From an uncultured Gammaproteobacteria bacterium (GTDB lineage: Bacteria > Pseudomonadota > Gammaproteobacteria > Arenicellales > JAANXG01): a stretch of 64,000 nt of DNA. The stretch lies in NCBI GenBank assembly GCA_947258495.1, contig CAMYIN010000097.1:11229-75228 (forward strand). Direction: 5' to 3'. The stretch's first letter is position 1. Every line of letters starts with the position of its first letter. Made by a program: the position numbers and the translations under genes. This document shows positions 51,819 through 61,101 of the stretch, piece after piece. The notes below the pieces were generated by a model that made no database searches, was not told where the DNA came from, and saw only the letters and a program-made list of their open reading frames with translations.

Positions 51819-52565
51819 ATGGAGCTACCGCCGAGCGGGCAATCCATTTGGTTTCTGATACTCATCGGTCTGGCCGCCGCCCTCTATTCCTCGGTCGGCC
51901 AGGGGGGCGGTTCCGGTTACCTCGCCGTCATGGCCCTGTACGGCATGAGTCCCGCTCATATGAAGCCGGCGGCGCTCATCATGAATATCTTCGTCACGTC
52001 GCTGGTCTGGTATCGCCATTATCGCGCGGGCGAATTCAAGTGGGTGTTGTTCTGGCCCTTCATTGTCACTTCGATCCCGGCCGCGTTTGTCGGCGGTGCG
52101 TTGACCCTCGGCCCTTCCTTGTACCGTGCGCTCGTTGCCGTGGCGCTGCTGGTGGCGGCGTTGCGTACCCTGTGGCGCTCGCAGGTCGACGACACCGTGG
52201 TTCGACCCACGGCGACGGCGATGCTCATCACCGGCGCGGTGCTGGGCCTGGTCAGTGGCGCAACCGGCGTGGGCGGGGGTATCTTTTTGGCGCCGTTGCT
52301 GCTGTATTTTCGATGGTGCGACCTGCGGGAAACGTTCGCCCTCTCCGCGGCGTTTATCTGGGTCAACTCCGTCGCCGCGGTTTTCGGCTATGGGTTCGCC
52401 GGACACGCCTTTCCATTGAATGTGGCGTGGCTGGTCGTCGCCGCTTTGGCGGGGACCTTCGTGGGTGTAAAAATCGTCGCTTTCTATGGAACGCCGCACA
52501 GGCTCCAGCGCCTGCTGGGGATCGTGTTGGCGGTCGCCGCCGTAAGAATGCTGACCGACCTATGA
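51819..52565 (+). CDS. TauE/SafE family sulfite exporter
   Basis: SSVGQGGGSGY, GLVSGATGVGGGIFLAP, ~8 TM helices. Confidence 0.87.
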   Translation: MELPPSGQSIWFLILIGLAAALYSSVGQGGGSGYLAVMALYGMSPAHMKPAALIMNIFVTSLVWYRHYRAGEFKWVLFWPFIVTSIPAAFVGGALTLGPSLYRALVAVALLVAALRTLWRSQVDDTVVRPTATAMLITGAVLGLVSGATGVGGGIFLAPLLLYFRWCDLRETFALSAAFIWVNSVAAVFGYGFAGHAFPLNVAWLVVAALAGTFVGVKIVAFYGTPHRLQRLLGIVLAVAAVRMLTDL

Positions 52566-53179
52566 GTGACGCAAGCAAACTGACTATGGATGCGATCAGG
52601 GCGCGGCTGCAGCGATACTCGCCCCAGAGACTCGACATAGGCGAGCATCGGCATGCCTCGGTGGCGATGGTGCTCAGGCCGGCAGGCGCGCACGCCGAGG
52701 TGTTGTTGATCCAACGCGCCCACTGCGAAGGAGATCCCTGGTCGGGACAGATGGCGTTCCCCGGGGGTATCGTCGAGGCGGGTGATCGCGATGCCCGGGC
52801 GGCGGCGGTCAGGGAGACCGAGGAGGAGATCGGCTTGCAACTGCGCGAACGGGATTATTTGGGTCGCATCGACGACATGCAAGGGCGGCATCGGGGACAT
52901 CCCGTTGGCATCGTGGTGGCGGCCTTTGCCTACGCGGTGAACGAACGTTTCGTTCCGAAACCGAACTACGAGGTTCGCGACATATTGTGGGTACCGCTGC
53001 ACACCTTCCTCGATCGGCGGCGCCGGGTTGAGGTGCGGCATCCGGCGTCACCGAATGAGCGCTTTCCGGGTATCCGCGTCTCGGACAATACAGACCAGGT
53101 CGTTTGGGGGCTGACCCGCCGCTTCCTGTATGCGTTCTTTCAAATTCTCGACGAGAGCTTGATCGACGCCATGGAGTAG
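52562..53179 (+). CDS. CoA pyrophosphatase (NudL-like Nudix hydrolase)
   Basis: LLIQRA, WSGQMAFPGG, AVRETEEEIG, NYEV, VWGLT. Confidence 0.88.
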   Translation: MSDASKLTMDAIRARLQRYSPQRLDIGEHRHASVAMVLRPAGAHAEVLLIQRAHCEGDPWSGQMAFPGGIVEAGDRDARAAAVRETEEEIGLQLRERDYLGRIDDMQGRHRGHPVGIVVAAFAYAVNERFVPKPNYEVRDILWVPLHTFLDRRRRVEVRHPASPNERFPGIRVSDNTDQVVWGLTRRFLYAFFQILDESLIDAME

Positions 53180-53244
53180 CGGTCTTCGGCCGTGTGGTAA
53201 CATTCGCTCCCACTATCGTTCCAGGCACCAATACGGAGGCACCT

Positions 53245-53841
53245 ATGGCACGCACGCTCTCGACGATGATGGAACTCGGTACCGCCGCGCCGGACTTCTG
53301 CCTGCCCAATACCAATCCGCGAAGCGGCGGCGACACCGTATCTCTGGCGGACTTCAATGACGCACCGGCATTACTGCTGGCGTTCATATGCAACCACTGT
53401 CCCTACGTGATCCATATCCGAGACGCTTTTGTCGGCTTCGCCAAAGACTATCAGTCCAAGGGGCTGGCGGTGGTGGCCATCAGTGCCAACGACGCCGGCA
53501 CGCATCCCGATGACGGCCCCGAAAGAATGGCCGAGGCAGCGAGTAAAAACGGCTTTACGTTTCCGTATTTGTACGACGAGTCTCAAACTATCGCCCGGGC
53601 CTACCAGGCGGCGTGCACACCGGACTTCTTTCTGTTCGATGCGGATCGCAGGCTGTTCTATCGGGGACAGTTTGACCGCGCCCGTCCGCGCAACGACGAG
53701 CCCATTACCGGTGAAGACTTGCGCGCCGCGGTAGACGCCTTGCTCGAAGGCAGGGACGCGCCCACGGAACAGAAACCGAGCATGGGCTGTAATATTAAAT
53801 GGAGGGCCGGCAACGAACCGGCCTACGCCGTGGGCGCTTAG
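53245..53841 (+). CDS. thioredoxin-fold (AhpC/TSA-like) protein
   Basis: APDF.LP, FICNHCPYV, AISAND, YLYDESQ, AACTPDFF, SMGCNIKW. Confidence 0.92.
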   Translation: MARTLSTMMELGTAAPDFCLPNTNPRSGGDTVSLADFNDAPALLLAFICNHCPYVIHIRDAFVGFAKDYQSKGLAVVAISANDAGTHPDDGPERMAEAASKNGFTFPYLYDESQTIARAYQAACTPDFFLFDADRRLFYRGQFDRARPRNDEPITGEDLRAAVDALLEGRDAPTEQKPSMGCNIKWRAGNEPAYAVGA

Positions 53842-54009
53842 ACTTCGCCCGGCCGCGTGCAATAAAGTGGACGCCCGCTGTTGACGCGGGCAGGTGGGAC
53901 GCGCGCTGACGTCTGCAAAGGTTCGGCGGGTAGGCGCGCTCGGCGGGACCGAAATGCCGACACGCTTGTGCAACCAAGACGGCGATAAACGAGGGTTAAC
54001 CGGGGCGGC

Positions 54010-55179
54010 ATGACGCACGACTCCATCATCTTTTCGATCTTTCTCATCTTTACCGGCGCTGCCGTCACCGCAACCCTAGCCCTGTACGCACGCCAGGCCC
54101 TTCTGGTCGGTTACATCGTGCTCGGGGCCGTGGCCGGACCCTGGGGGTTCGGGTTGGTCTCCGACTCCGACTTGATTCGCGATATCGCCCACGTCGGAAT
54201 CATCTTTTTACTGTTCCTGCTGGGCTTGAATCTCTATCCGCAGAAGCTGCTGCAACTGCTTCGCGAAACGACTCTCGTCACCATCGCCACTTCTCTGGTT
54301 TTCGGGGCTGTCGGCGGCCTCATCGCCCTGGCCTTCGGGTTCCCCTTCGGCGACAGCGTGGTCGTCGGTCTCGCCGCGATGTTTTCGAGCACCATCATAG
54401 GCCTCAAGCTGCTGCCGACGACGGTATTGCATCATCGCCACATGGGGGAAGTCATCATCAGCGTGCTGCTGCTGCAGGACCTGGTCGCCATCGTGGTGCT
54501 CCTGGTCATGCAGGGCCTGAAACGGGGAGGGGTGCCGTTCGCCGACATTGCCCTGCTCATGCTTGCGCTGCCCGCTCTGATCGGCGTCGCCTATCTCCTG
54601 GAACGGTTCGTCCTCATCCCACTGTTCCAGCGATTCGACCGGATACAGGAGTACGTGTTCCTGCTCGCCGTGGGCTGGTGTCTCGGTATCGCGGAGCTGG
54701 CGCACAAGGTCGGACTTTCCTACGAGATCGGCGCGTTCGTGGCCGGGATCGCGGTCGCCACCAGCCCGATCTCGCGTTACATCGCGGAGAGCCTGCGGCC
54801 GATCCGGGATTTTTTCCTGGTCATGTTCTTTTTCGCCCTCGGTGCCGGCCTGGACATGAGCGTGATCGCCGAAGTCTGGATGCCGGCGGTTGTGCTGACG
54901 ACGGTGCTGCTGGCCGTAAAACCCGTGGTATTCCGGTTCTTGTTGATCAAGACCGCGGAGAACGAGAAGCTGGCGTGGGAAACGGGCTGGCGCCTGGGGC
55001 AGATGAGCGAATTCTCGCTGCTGATTGCGTTCCTCGCGCTCGAGGCCGGACTGATAGCGAGTCAGGCGGCGTCCCTGATCCAGGTTGCCACCTTGCTGAC
55101 GTTCGTAGGCTCGTCCTACCTCATCGTTCTGCGGTTTCCCACCCCGATCGCGGTGTCCGATCGCCTGCGTCGAGATTGA
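54010..55179 (+). CDS. cation:proton antiporter (CPA2)
   Basis: FSST, LLLQD, GAFVAG, FFF..G, QMSEFS; ~12 TM helices. Confidence 0.9.
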   Translation: MTHDSIIFSIFLIFTGAAVTATLALYARQALLVGYIVLGAVAGPWGFGLVSDSDLIRDIAHVGIIFLLFLLGLNLYPQKLLQLLRETTLVTIATSLVFGAVGGLIALAFGFPFGDSVVVGLAAMFSSTIIGLKLLPTTVLHHRHMGEVIISVLLLQDLVAIVVLLVMQGLKRGGVPFADIALLMLALPALIGVAYLLERFVLIPLFQRFDRIQEYVFLLAVGWCLGIAELAHKVGLSYEIGAFVAGIAVATSPISRYIAESLRPIRDFFLVMFFFALGAGLDMSVIAEVWMPAVVLTTVLLAVKPVVFRFLLIKTAENEKLAWETGWRLGQMSEFSLLIAFLALEAGLIASQAASLIQVATLLTFVGSSYLIVLRFPTPIAVSDRLRRD

Positions 55180-55243
55180 GCGCCGACAACGGCGGGCGTC
55201 TCGGCCGTGGCGGCGCGGCCCGGCGACGGGCGAGAGGCGGGAC

Positions 55244-55531
55244 CTACCTGTCGGTGGCGGGCTCCGGGACCGGGCAGGCCTTGTTGTACCAGTACTCCGC
55301 CCGGGCGGCGTCGCGCGGCAGTCCCAGACCGTTATCGTACATGGTGCCCAGCCGAAACTGCGCATCCGGCTGCCCTTGTTCCGCGAGCGGTCGCAGGACC
55401 TTGAGCGCGGTCGCGTAATCGCCCGATTCGTAGGCCGCCAACGCCTTGTCCAGGGAATCGGCGCGCGCCGCCGAGAGGCACAGCAGCAGGGCGAAAAACC
55501 ATACCAACGATCTGGATGAACGAACCATCAT
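55244..55531 (-). CDS. short secreted Sel1-repeat protein
   Basis: signal peptide, AY..GDYA.A...RPLAEQG...AQF.LG.MY.NG.G...A..WY.KA. Confidence 0.8.
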   Translation of the reverse strand: MMVRSSRSLVWFFALLLCLSAARADSLDKALAAYESGDYATALKVLRPLAEQGQPDAQFRLGTMYDNGLGLPRDAARAEYWYNKACPVPEPATDR

Positions 55532-55655
55532 GTCCGGCGAACTCGCAATCTGCGTCTACGGTACCGGCTCGCGACGCGGGAGGCAACCGTTCGCGCTCGT
55601 CGGCGGCGATGTGGCCGCTGTGCAATTGCGGCCGGTTTGTGGTATCCACCCGAGC

Positions 55656-56540
55656 ATGACCCGGGTGTTTATCGTCGGTTGCGGCTATGTGGGAACACGA
55701 CTCGCGCAGGAGTGGCTGAGGCGCGGCGCCGCGGTCGCCGCGCTCGCGCGCAGCGACACCGCTGCCGCGCGCTTGCAGCGACTCGGCATTTCACCCGTCG
55801 CCGGCGACCTGGGGGACGTCTGGAGCCTGCGACGCCTGGCGCTGCGGGACAGCCTGCTGTACTACCTGGCGCCGCCACCGCCTTCCGGTGTTGCCGACAC
55901 CTGGATGCGCTGCTTTGTGTCCGCACTCAGGACATCGCGTCTGCCCGGACGATGCGTGTTACTCGGCACCACCGGGGTATACGGCGATCACCGCGGCGGA
56001 TGGATAGACGAGAACGCGGAGCTGCGGCCGGGTTCCGACCGTTCGCGGAGACGTTTGGATGCGGAGCGGGTCCTGAGGGCGTGGGGCCGGGTGTGGCGGG
56101 TCCCCGTCGTGGTGCTGCGGGTGGCGGGTATATACGGACCCGAAAGGCTGCCGTTGCAGCGCCTGCGGGCCGGCGCTCCGCTTGTGCGTGAGCAGGAGTG
56201 CCCGTTCACGAACCGGATACACGTGGACGATCTGGTCGCAGCCTGCGTCGCCGCAGGAGAGCGCGGTCGCGCCGACAACGTATACAATGTCAGCGACGGT
56301 GATCCATGCACTATGACCGCCTATTTCAACTCCGTGGCGGACGCGGTTGGATTACCGCGACCGCCGCAGGTGCCAATGCGGCAGGCCCGGCAGCACATGA
56401 CGCCGGCCATGCTCGCCTACCTCGCCGAATCCCGGCGCCTGTGCAACCACAAGCTGGTACAGGAGCTCGGTCTCGAACTGCGTTATCCAACGCTGGCGGA
56501 GGGTCTCGGCGCGATCTGTGAACACAAAAAAAAAGGGTAG
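55656..56540 (+). CDS. NAD-dependent epimerase/dehydratase (atypical SDR)
   Basis: IVGCGYVG, TTGVYGD, LRVAGIYGP, NRIHVDD, YNVSD. Confidence 0.88.
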   Translation: MTRVFIVGCGYVGTRLAQEWLRRGAAVAALARSDTAAARLQRLGISPVAGDLGDVWSLRRLALRDSLLYYLAPPPPSGVADTWMRCFVSALRTSRLPGRCVLLGTTGVYGDHRGGWIDENAELRPGSDRSRRRLDAERVLRAWGRVWRVPVVVLRVAGIYGPERLPLQRLRAGAPLVREQECPFTNRIHVDDLVAACVAAGERGRADNVYNVSDGDPCTMTAYFNSVADAVGLPRPPQVPMRQARQHMTPAMLAYLAESRRLCNHKLVQELGLELRYPTLAEGLGAICEHKKKG

Positions 56541-56559
56541 GCGCGTGGCCTACCCTTTT
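56526..56559. terminator. bidirectional intrinsic terminator
   Basis: A9-GGGTAGGC-gcgtg-GCCTACCC-TTTT between convergent genes. Confidence 0.85.
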
Positions 56560-56582
56560 CTAGCAACCGCTGCGTGTGCGTG

Positions 56583-57254
56583 TTACTTGCTGGCTTCCGT
56601 CGGCTGGGTCTGAGTCACGTTGCCCCAAGTCGCGGGATCGAACCAGTTGAAGCCGCCGGCAGAGGAGACGTCGACGCCCGGAATGCTGTACGCCGCGGGA
56701 TTCATCCACTGCATGTACGTCATCGGGTTCATGAACGCGGCGTAGTTCGCAGGGTTCATGCCCTGGAAGTACTGTGTCGGCTCCATCACGTGCGCATAGG
56801 CGCCCGGATTCATCCAGTACAGGTAGTTCGCCGGGTTAAGAAAGGCGGAGTACGAAGCGGGATTCATCCACGCCAGCCAGTTATTGGGGTTCATAAACTG
56901 CATGTAGAACTGCGGCGTCATGAACTGCGCGTAGGTCGCCGGATTGGTGAAAGCGCGGTGCGCGGAGGCGTGGGTCGCGGGATCAAAAAAGATCGCCCAA
57001 CCGGCCGGATGGGCTGGATTGAACTGCATGGGGGTCGTCGTCGCAGCGCCGGTGCTCCATGTGGAGGGATCAAACCAGTTGACGGCTCCGCCCGCGGCTT
57101 GATCGCCGTACAGGTTGGTCCAGCTGCTGGGGTCAAAGGGATTGGGTACGGCGGTCGGCTGCTGCTGCGTCTGGCTGGCCTCTTCGGCGGCGTGCACCGG
57201 GCTGAGGGTACTGAGCAACGCGAACAAGGCCGCGGCAAGTGTGGACTTAAACAT
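56583..57254 (-). CDS. secreted protein with ten 9-residue [FW]MNPxxYxx repeats
   Basis: GGAGGA RBS, Sec signal ending VHA, regular repeats, strong terminator downstream. Confidence 0.88.
   Translation of the reverse strand: MFKSTLAAALFALLSTLSPVHAAEEASQTQQQPTAVPNPFDPSSWTNLYGDQAAGGAVNWFDPSTWSTGAATTTPMQFNPAHPAGWAIFFDPATHASAHRAFTNPATYAQFMTPQFYMQFMNPNNWLAWMNPASYSAFLNPANYLYWMNPGAYAHVMEPTQYFQGMNPANYAAFMNPMTYMQWMNPAAYSIPGVDVSSAGGFNWFDPATWGNVTQTQPTEASK
56682..56951 (-). repeat. 10 x 27-bp degenerate coding tandem repeat
   Basis: FTNPATYAQ FMTPQFYMQ FMNPNNWLA WMNPASYSA FLNPANYLY WMNPGAYAH VMEPTQYFQ GMNPANYAA FMNPMTYMQ WMNPAAYSI. Confidence 0.9.
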
Positions 57255-57308
57255 GTTACATATCCTCCGATTTTAGTAAATGAGCCCTAGAGAAGTTGAA
57301 AATATTAA

Positions 57309-57330
57309 TATATAAGGAATGTCTAATATA
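57309..57330. promoter_or_regulatory. AT-rich palindromic operator
   Basis: TATATAAG-gaatgt-CTAATATA (7/8 arm symmetry) in a strongly AT-rich divergent intergenic region. Confidence 0.6.
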
Positions 57331-57458
57331 ACAGGATTAAAAACCAAAACCACCCTTTACTCAAGGACAATGGAGATAACGACTTGCTCCAATGGGGAGA
57401 TGCAACTTAGACTTGTTATATCACTTTTGGGATAGATGACCGCGAAGAGGGCCGAAAC

Positions 57459-57947
57459 TTGGACAAAAAAATCTGGTGGGGCGCAATCACACTGGCGTCG
57501 CTGGTCACCGCGACATTGGGCTGGAACCTGGTCGGCAACGAGCACAGTTCCGCATCCCTCGATCCATCGTCCGCTGCCGCCACGGCTGCGGTGAAGACCC
57601 AGGCGGCGCCGGCGCCGGCCGACGCGCAGACGCCGGTCGCGGAAATCGACGAACTGGCCACGCCGGCCCGAGACTTGCGCGCGCCCGCCGCCTCCCTGTC
57701 GCAACGCGCGGGCTCCCAGGCGGCTTCGGCGCTGGCACAGCGCCAGCGCGCCGCGTTGCAGCTGCGCAAGGCCGATGTCGCCGCAGCCGGGCCCGTGGGT
57801 GTGGGGCCTGCGGAGGCGTGCTTCAACCAGATGAAGACCGTCTTCTGTCCCATTATCGCCCAAATGCCCTTCGTTCGTGATGTCGCCGGGCAGGTGGCGC
57901 TGTGGGGGCGATTCGACTGTCCGGTCGGCGTGACGCCGAAGATCTAG
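57459..57947 (+). CDS. membrane-anchored hypothetical protein with Ala-rich linker and 3-Cys C-terminal domain
   Basis: TTG start after GAGGGG; N-terminal TM; low-complexity linker; ACFNQ..FCP...RFDCP. Confidence 0.6.
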   Translation: MDKKIWWGAITLASLVTATLGWNLVGNEHSSASLDPSSAAATAAVKTQAAPAPADAQTPVAEIDELATPARDLRAPAASLSQRAGSQAASALAQRQRAALQLRKADVAAAGPVGVGPAEACFNQMKTVFCPIIAQMPFVRDVAGQVALWGRFDCPVGVTPKI

Positions 57948-58017
57948 ACCGCGCCGCGGCGACGGTGCTCGACACTCTCGGGTGACTGCGACGCCGCGTG
58001 GCGCGGCCGCCGGCCGC

Positions 58018-58563
58018 TCAATCCGTCGCCCCGACGTCGGCTTCCTCCACCAGACTGCGAATACGGTCGAGGACCTCCGGACTGTCCCACTCCAGCGCGC
58101 CGTGCATGATATAGGTCACGCGGCCCCGGCGGTCCAGCAGGAAGGAGGCCGGCAGGCCCTTGAGCGGCCAGAAGCGCGCAGCGTCCATGTGCTCGTCCAG
58201 CAATACGGTGAAGGTGGGTGACGGTGACATGGCCAACATGAACTTGCTGATGGCGTGGGGATTTTCGTTCACCGCGATTGCGAGGACGATGAAATCTTCG
58301 CCTTGGAGCTTTTGCCAGGCGCGTTGCAGCGACGGCATCTCCGCGCGACAGGGCGGACACCAGGTCGCCCAGAAATTGATCAATACCACCTTGCCTTTGA
58401 ATTCCTTGAGCCGGTACGGTTTACCACCGAGATCACGCAACGTGAAGCCCGGCGCATCTGGGCGTGCTTCCAGCTGTTTCAACGAGGACGATGCGTTCGT
58501 AGGTACCAGAACGCACAACAGTCCCACGATGAACAGTCCGAATAGTCCGATGTTTCGAATCAT
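58018..58563 (-). CDS. TlpA-family disulfide reductase
   Basis: N-terminal TM, APGFTL, GKVVLINFWATWCPPCRAEMP, GLPASFLLD. Confidence 0.92.
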   Translation of the reverse strand: MIRNIGLFGLFIVGLLCVLVPTNASSSLKQLEARPDAPGFTLRDLGGKPYRLKEFKGKVVLINFWATWCPPCRAEMPSLQRAWQKLQGEDFIVLAIAVNENPHAISKFMLAMSPSPTFTVLLDEHMDAARFWPLKGLPASFLLDRRGRVTYIMHGALEWDSPEVLDRIRSLVEEADVGATD

Positions 58564-58970
58564 GGTTCCTAATTCGTCGCAGCGCGTTGATACACCCCCG
58601 GCTCGCGACTGCGGGCAACATCCCATATCTGCGTTAGATAATCAAAGGGTAGCGCATTTATCTTCACCACGACAGCGACGGCATTGGCGCACAAGGGTAT
58701 TGCCGCAGACGCCGGATCGCCATTTTGCCGCAGTTGAATGCACATCGGTGCGGCATGCCGCGGTTGTTAAACAAGTTTTACATCAGTGAGTCTGTGTTCA
58801 CCTACGTAAACCGCGGAATCTCGCGGCCGGTGTCCGCGGCCATGGTGCAATGTGCAGCGGGCGGTTTTATGATAGGACCGTTACCCGTGAAGACGGTCAT
58901 GGCGTCCTGGGTCGCGCTCTAGAAAGCATGTTTGTGAATATCCGCCGCGCTGCCGGCGGGAGGAGTTCGA

Positions 58971-60533
58971 ATGTCCGCTGTTGAAGGAGTTCTGGCCGAT
59001 TTGGGAATCCGCGAAACGAACCTGGGCGGTTGTATCGGCGCCGACGCGTGGTTCGATGGCGGGCGCACCTCGGCGCTCGATTCCTTGAATCCCGCTAGCG
59101 GCGAGTCCATCGCCTCCATATGGTGCCCCAACGTCGACGATTACGAACATATCGTGCGCCGGGCGCAGGAGGCGTCTCTTGCCTGGCGCGAAGTGCCGGC
59201 GCCCAAACGCGGCGAGGTCGTGCGCAGACTCGGCAACGCGCTGCGTGAACACAAGCACCAGCTGGGTACCCTGGTTGCCTTGGAGACCGGGAAGATCAAA
59301 CAAGAGGGGGACGGAGAGGTCCAGGAGATGATCGATATCGCCGATTTGGCCGTCGGCCAATCCAGGATGCTCTACGGCAAGACCATGCACTCCGAGCGAC
59401 CCCGCCACCGTATGTACGAACAGTGGCACCCGTTAGGTGTAGTCGGTGTCATCACCGCGTTTAACTTTCCGGTCGCGGTGTGGGCCTGGAACGCCTTCAT
59501 CGCCGCGGTGACCGGCAACACCGTCGTATGGAAGCCGTCTCCCAAAGGGGCATTGTGCGCGATCGCGGTTCAACATCTCTGTAACCGCGTGTTGCGCGAG
59601 GAAGCGATGCCGGGAATCTTCTCGCTGATCGTGGAACGCGGGACCGAGCTGGCCTCGCGTTTGGTCGAGGATCGCAGAGTGGCGTTGATTTCGTTTACCG
59701 GTTCCACCAAGGTCGGTCGCCGGGTGGGCGAGGCGGTGGCCGCAAGGATGGGCAAGGTGTTGCTGGAGTTGAGCGGTAACAACGCCGTGATCGTCGACGA
59801 GACCGCGGATCTGGATCTCGCCATTCCCGCGATCGTTTTCGGTAGTGTCGGTACCGCGGGACAGCGCTGCACCACTAGCCGACGTTTGTTTGTGCACCAG
59901 TCCCACTACGATGAGACGGTTGCACGCCTGCGGGACGCCTTTCGCCGGGTCCGCATCGGCGACCCCCTTGACCGTGACGTATTGATGGGACCATTGATCG
60001 ACCGCGCGGCGAAACAGCGGTTCCTGGACGCGGTGGAGGAACTGCGGCGCTCGGGCGGCGAGGTGCTGTACGGTGGCCGGGGCATCGACGCACCCGGTTT
60101 TTACGTCATGCCCACGCTCGCCACGGCGGACAACCGTTCGGATCTGGTGCAGCGAGAAACCTTCGGCCCGCTTCTTTACGTGATGAAATTCAACGACCTC
60201 GACGAGGCGATCGCCATGCACAACGACGTCTCCCAGGGTTTGTCGTCGGCGATATTCACCAACGACCTGCGCAACGCCGAGCGTTTTTTGTCGCACGCCG
60301 GCAGCGACTGCGGGATCGCCAACATCAACATCGGAACCTCCGGGGCGGAAATCGGCGGCGCGTTCGGTGGAGAGAAAGACACGGGTGGCGGTCGAGAGGC
60401 GGGTTCGGACGCCTGGCAGGCGTATATGCGCCGCCAGACCAATACCATCAACTGGGGCCGCGATCTGCCCCTGGCTCAGGGAATCCGCTTCGACCTGAGG
60501 CGAACCGAAAAAAAGCCGGAGGACGAGAATTAA
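58971..60533 (+). CDS. aldehyde dehydrogenase family 7 (piperideine-6-carboxylate dehydrogenase-like)
   Basis: [50 protein letters not shown]. Confidence 0.92.
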   Translation: MSAVEGVLADLGIRETNLGGCIGADAWFDGGRTSALDSLNPASGESIASIWCPNVDDYEHIVRRAQEASLAWREVPAPKRGEVVRRLGNALREHKHQLGTLVALETGKIKQEGDGEVQEMIDIADLAVGQSRMLYGKTMHSERPRHRMYEQWHPLGVVGVITAFNFPVAVWAWNAFIAAVTGNTVVWKPSPKGALCAIAVQHLCNRVLREEAMPGIFSLIVERGTELASRLVEDRRVALISFTGSTKVGRRVGEAVAARMGKVLLELSGNNAVIVDETADLDLAIPAIVFGSVGTAGQRCTTSRRLFVHQSHYDETVARLRDAFRRVRIGDPLDRDVLMGPLIDRAAKQRFLDAVEELRRSGGEVLYGGRGIDAPGFYVMPTLATADNRSDLVQRETFGPLLYVMKFNDLDEAIAMHNDVSQGLSSAIFTNDLRNAERFLSHAGSDCGIANINIGTSGAEIGGAFGGEKDTGGGREAGSDAWQAYMRRQTNTINWGRDLPLAQGIRFDLRRTEKKPEDEN

Positions 60534-60569
60534 CGCGCGTTTTCGGGCGCGGCTCGGTGCGGACCCGGT

Positions 60570-61091
60570 TCAGGTGTGGTGTTTGAGAAACGCACTACCG
60601 CGGAACAATGCCGCCAGAGTTTTCGCGTCGCGAATTTCGTTGCTTCGCGCCATCGAGAGCACGGTTTCGATCGGAAACCAGTGGATCTCAATGAGCTCGT
60701 CGCGGTTGTGCCTCGCCGTCGTCACTTCGAGTTCCTGCGCCAAATAGAGATGCAGGACCTCGTCGCAGAACCCCGGCGTCGGCCAGACGCTGCCGAGGTC
60801 GCGCCACACGCTGGCCCGCACCCCGGCTTCCTCCTGCAGTTCCCGTCTCGCCGTATCCGCCGGCGATTCTCCGGCATCGATGGTTCCGGCCGGCAGTTCC
60901 CATATTTTGTCGCCGACGGCGTGCCGGAACTGACGCAGTAGACAGACCTCGTTGTCGGCGTTTGCCGCAAGTACGACCGCGCCGCCGGGGTGGCGTACGA
61001 TCTCGAGCTCCAGGTGCACACCGTCTGGGAGTTGCAGCGTCTCCAGGCCAACGTCGATGAGGCGACCGCGATAGATCTCTTTCACCGCCAC
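60570..61091 (-). CDS. Nudix hydrolase (ADP-ribose pyrophosphatase-like)
   Basis: EIVRHPG, RQFRH, ELPAG, ARRELQEEAG, PGFCDE, DAKT. Confidence 0.88.
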   Translation of the reverse strand: MAVKEIYRGRLIDVGLETLQLPDGVHLELEIVRHPGGAVVLAANADNEVCLLRQFRHAVGDKIWELPAGTIDAGESPADTARRELQEEAGVRASVWRDLGSVWPTPGFCDEVLHLYLAQELEVTTARHNRDELIEIHWFPIETVLSMARSNEIRDAKTLAALFRGSAFLKHHT

Positions 61092-61101
61092 CGGAGTACG
61101 C

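Noticed and set aside
56526-56534. A9 tract at the end of the SDR gene as a phase-variation site
   Set aside because: It is the U-tract of the opposite-strand terminator and covers only the last few codons
56682-56951. 27-bp periodic repeat as a CRISPR array or VNTR
   Set aside because: Degenerate at synonymous positions, no spacers, no cas genes; conserved at the protein level
58764-58774. TTGTT-A-AACAA palindrome between tlpA and the ALDH gene
   Set aside because: Too short to assign and no cognate regulator nearby
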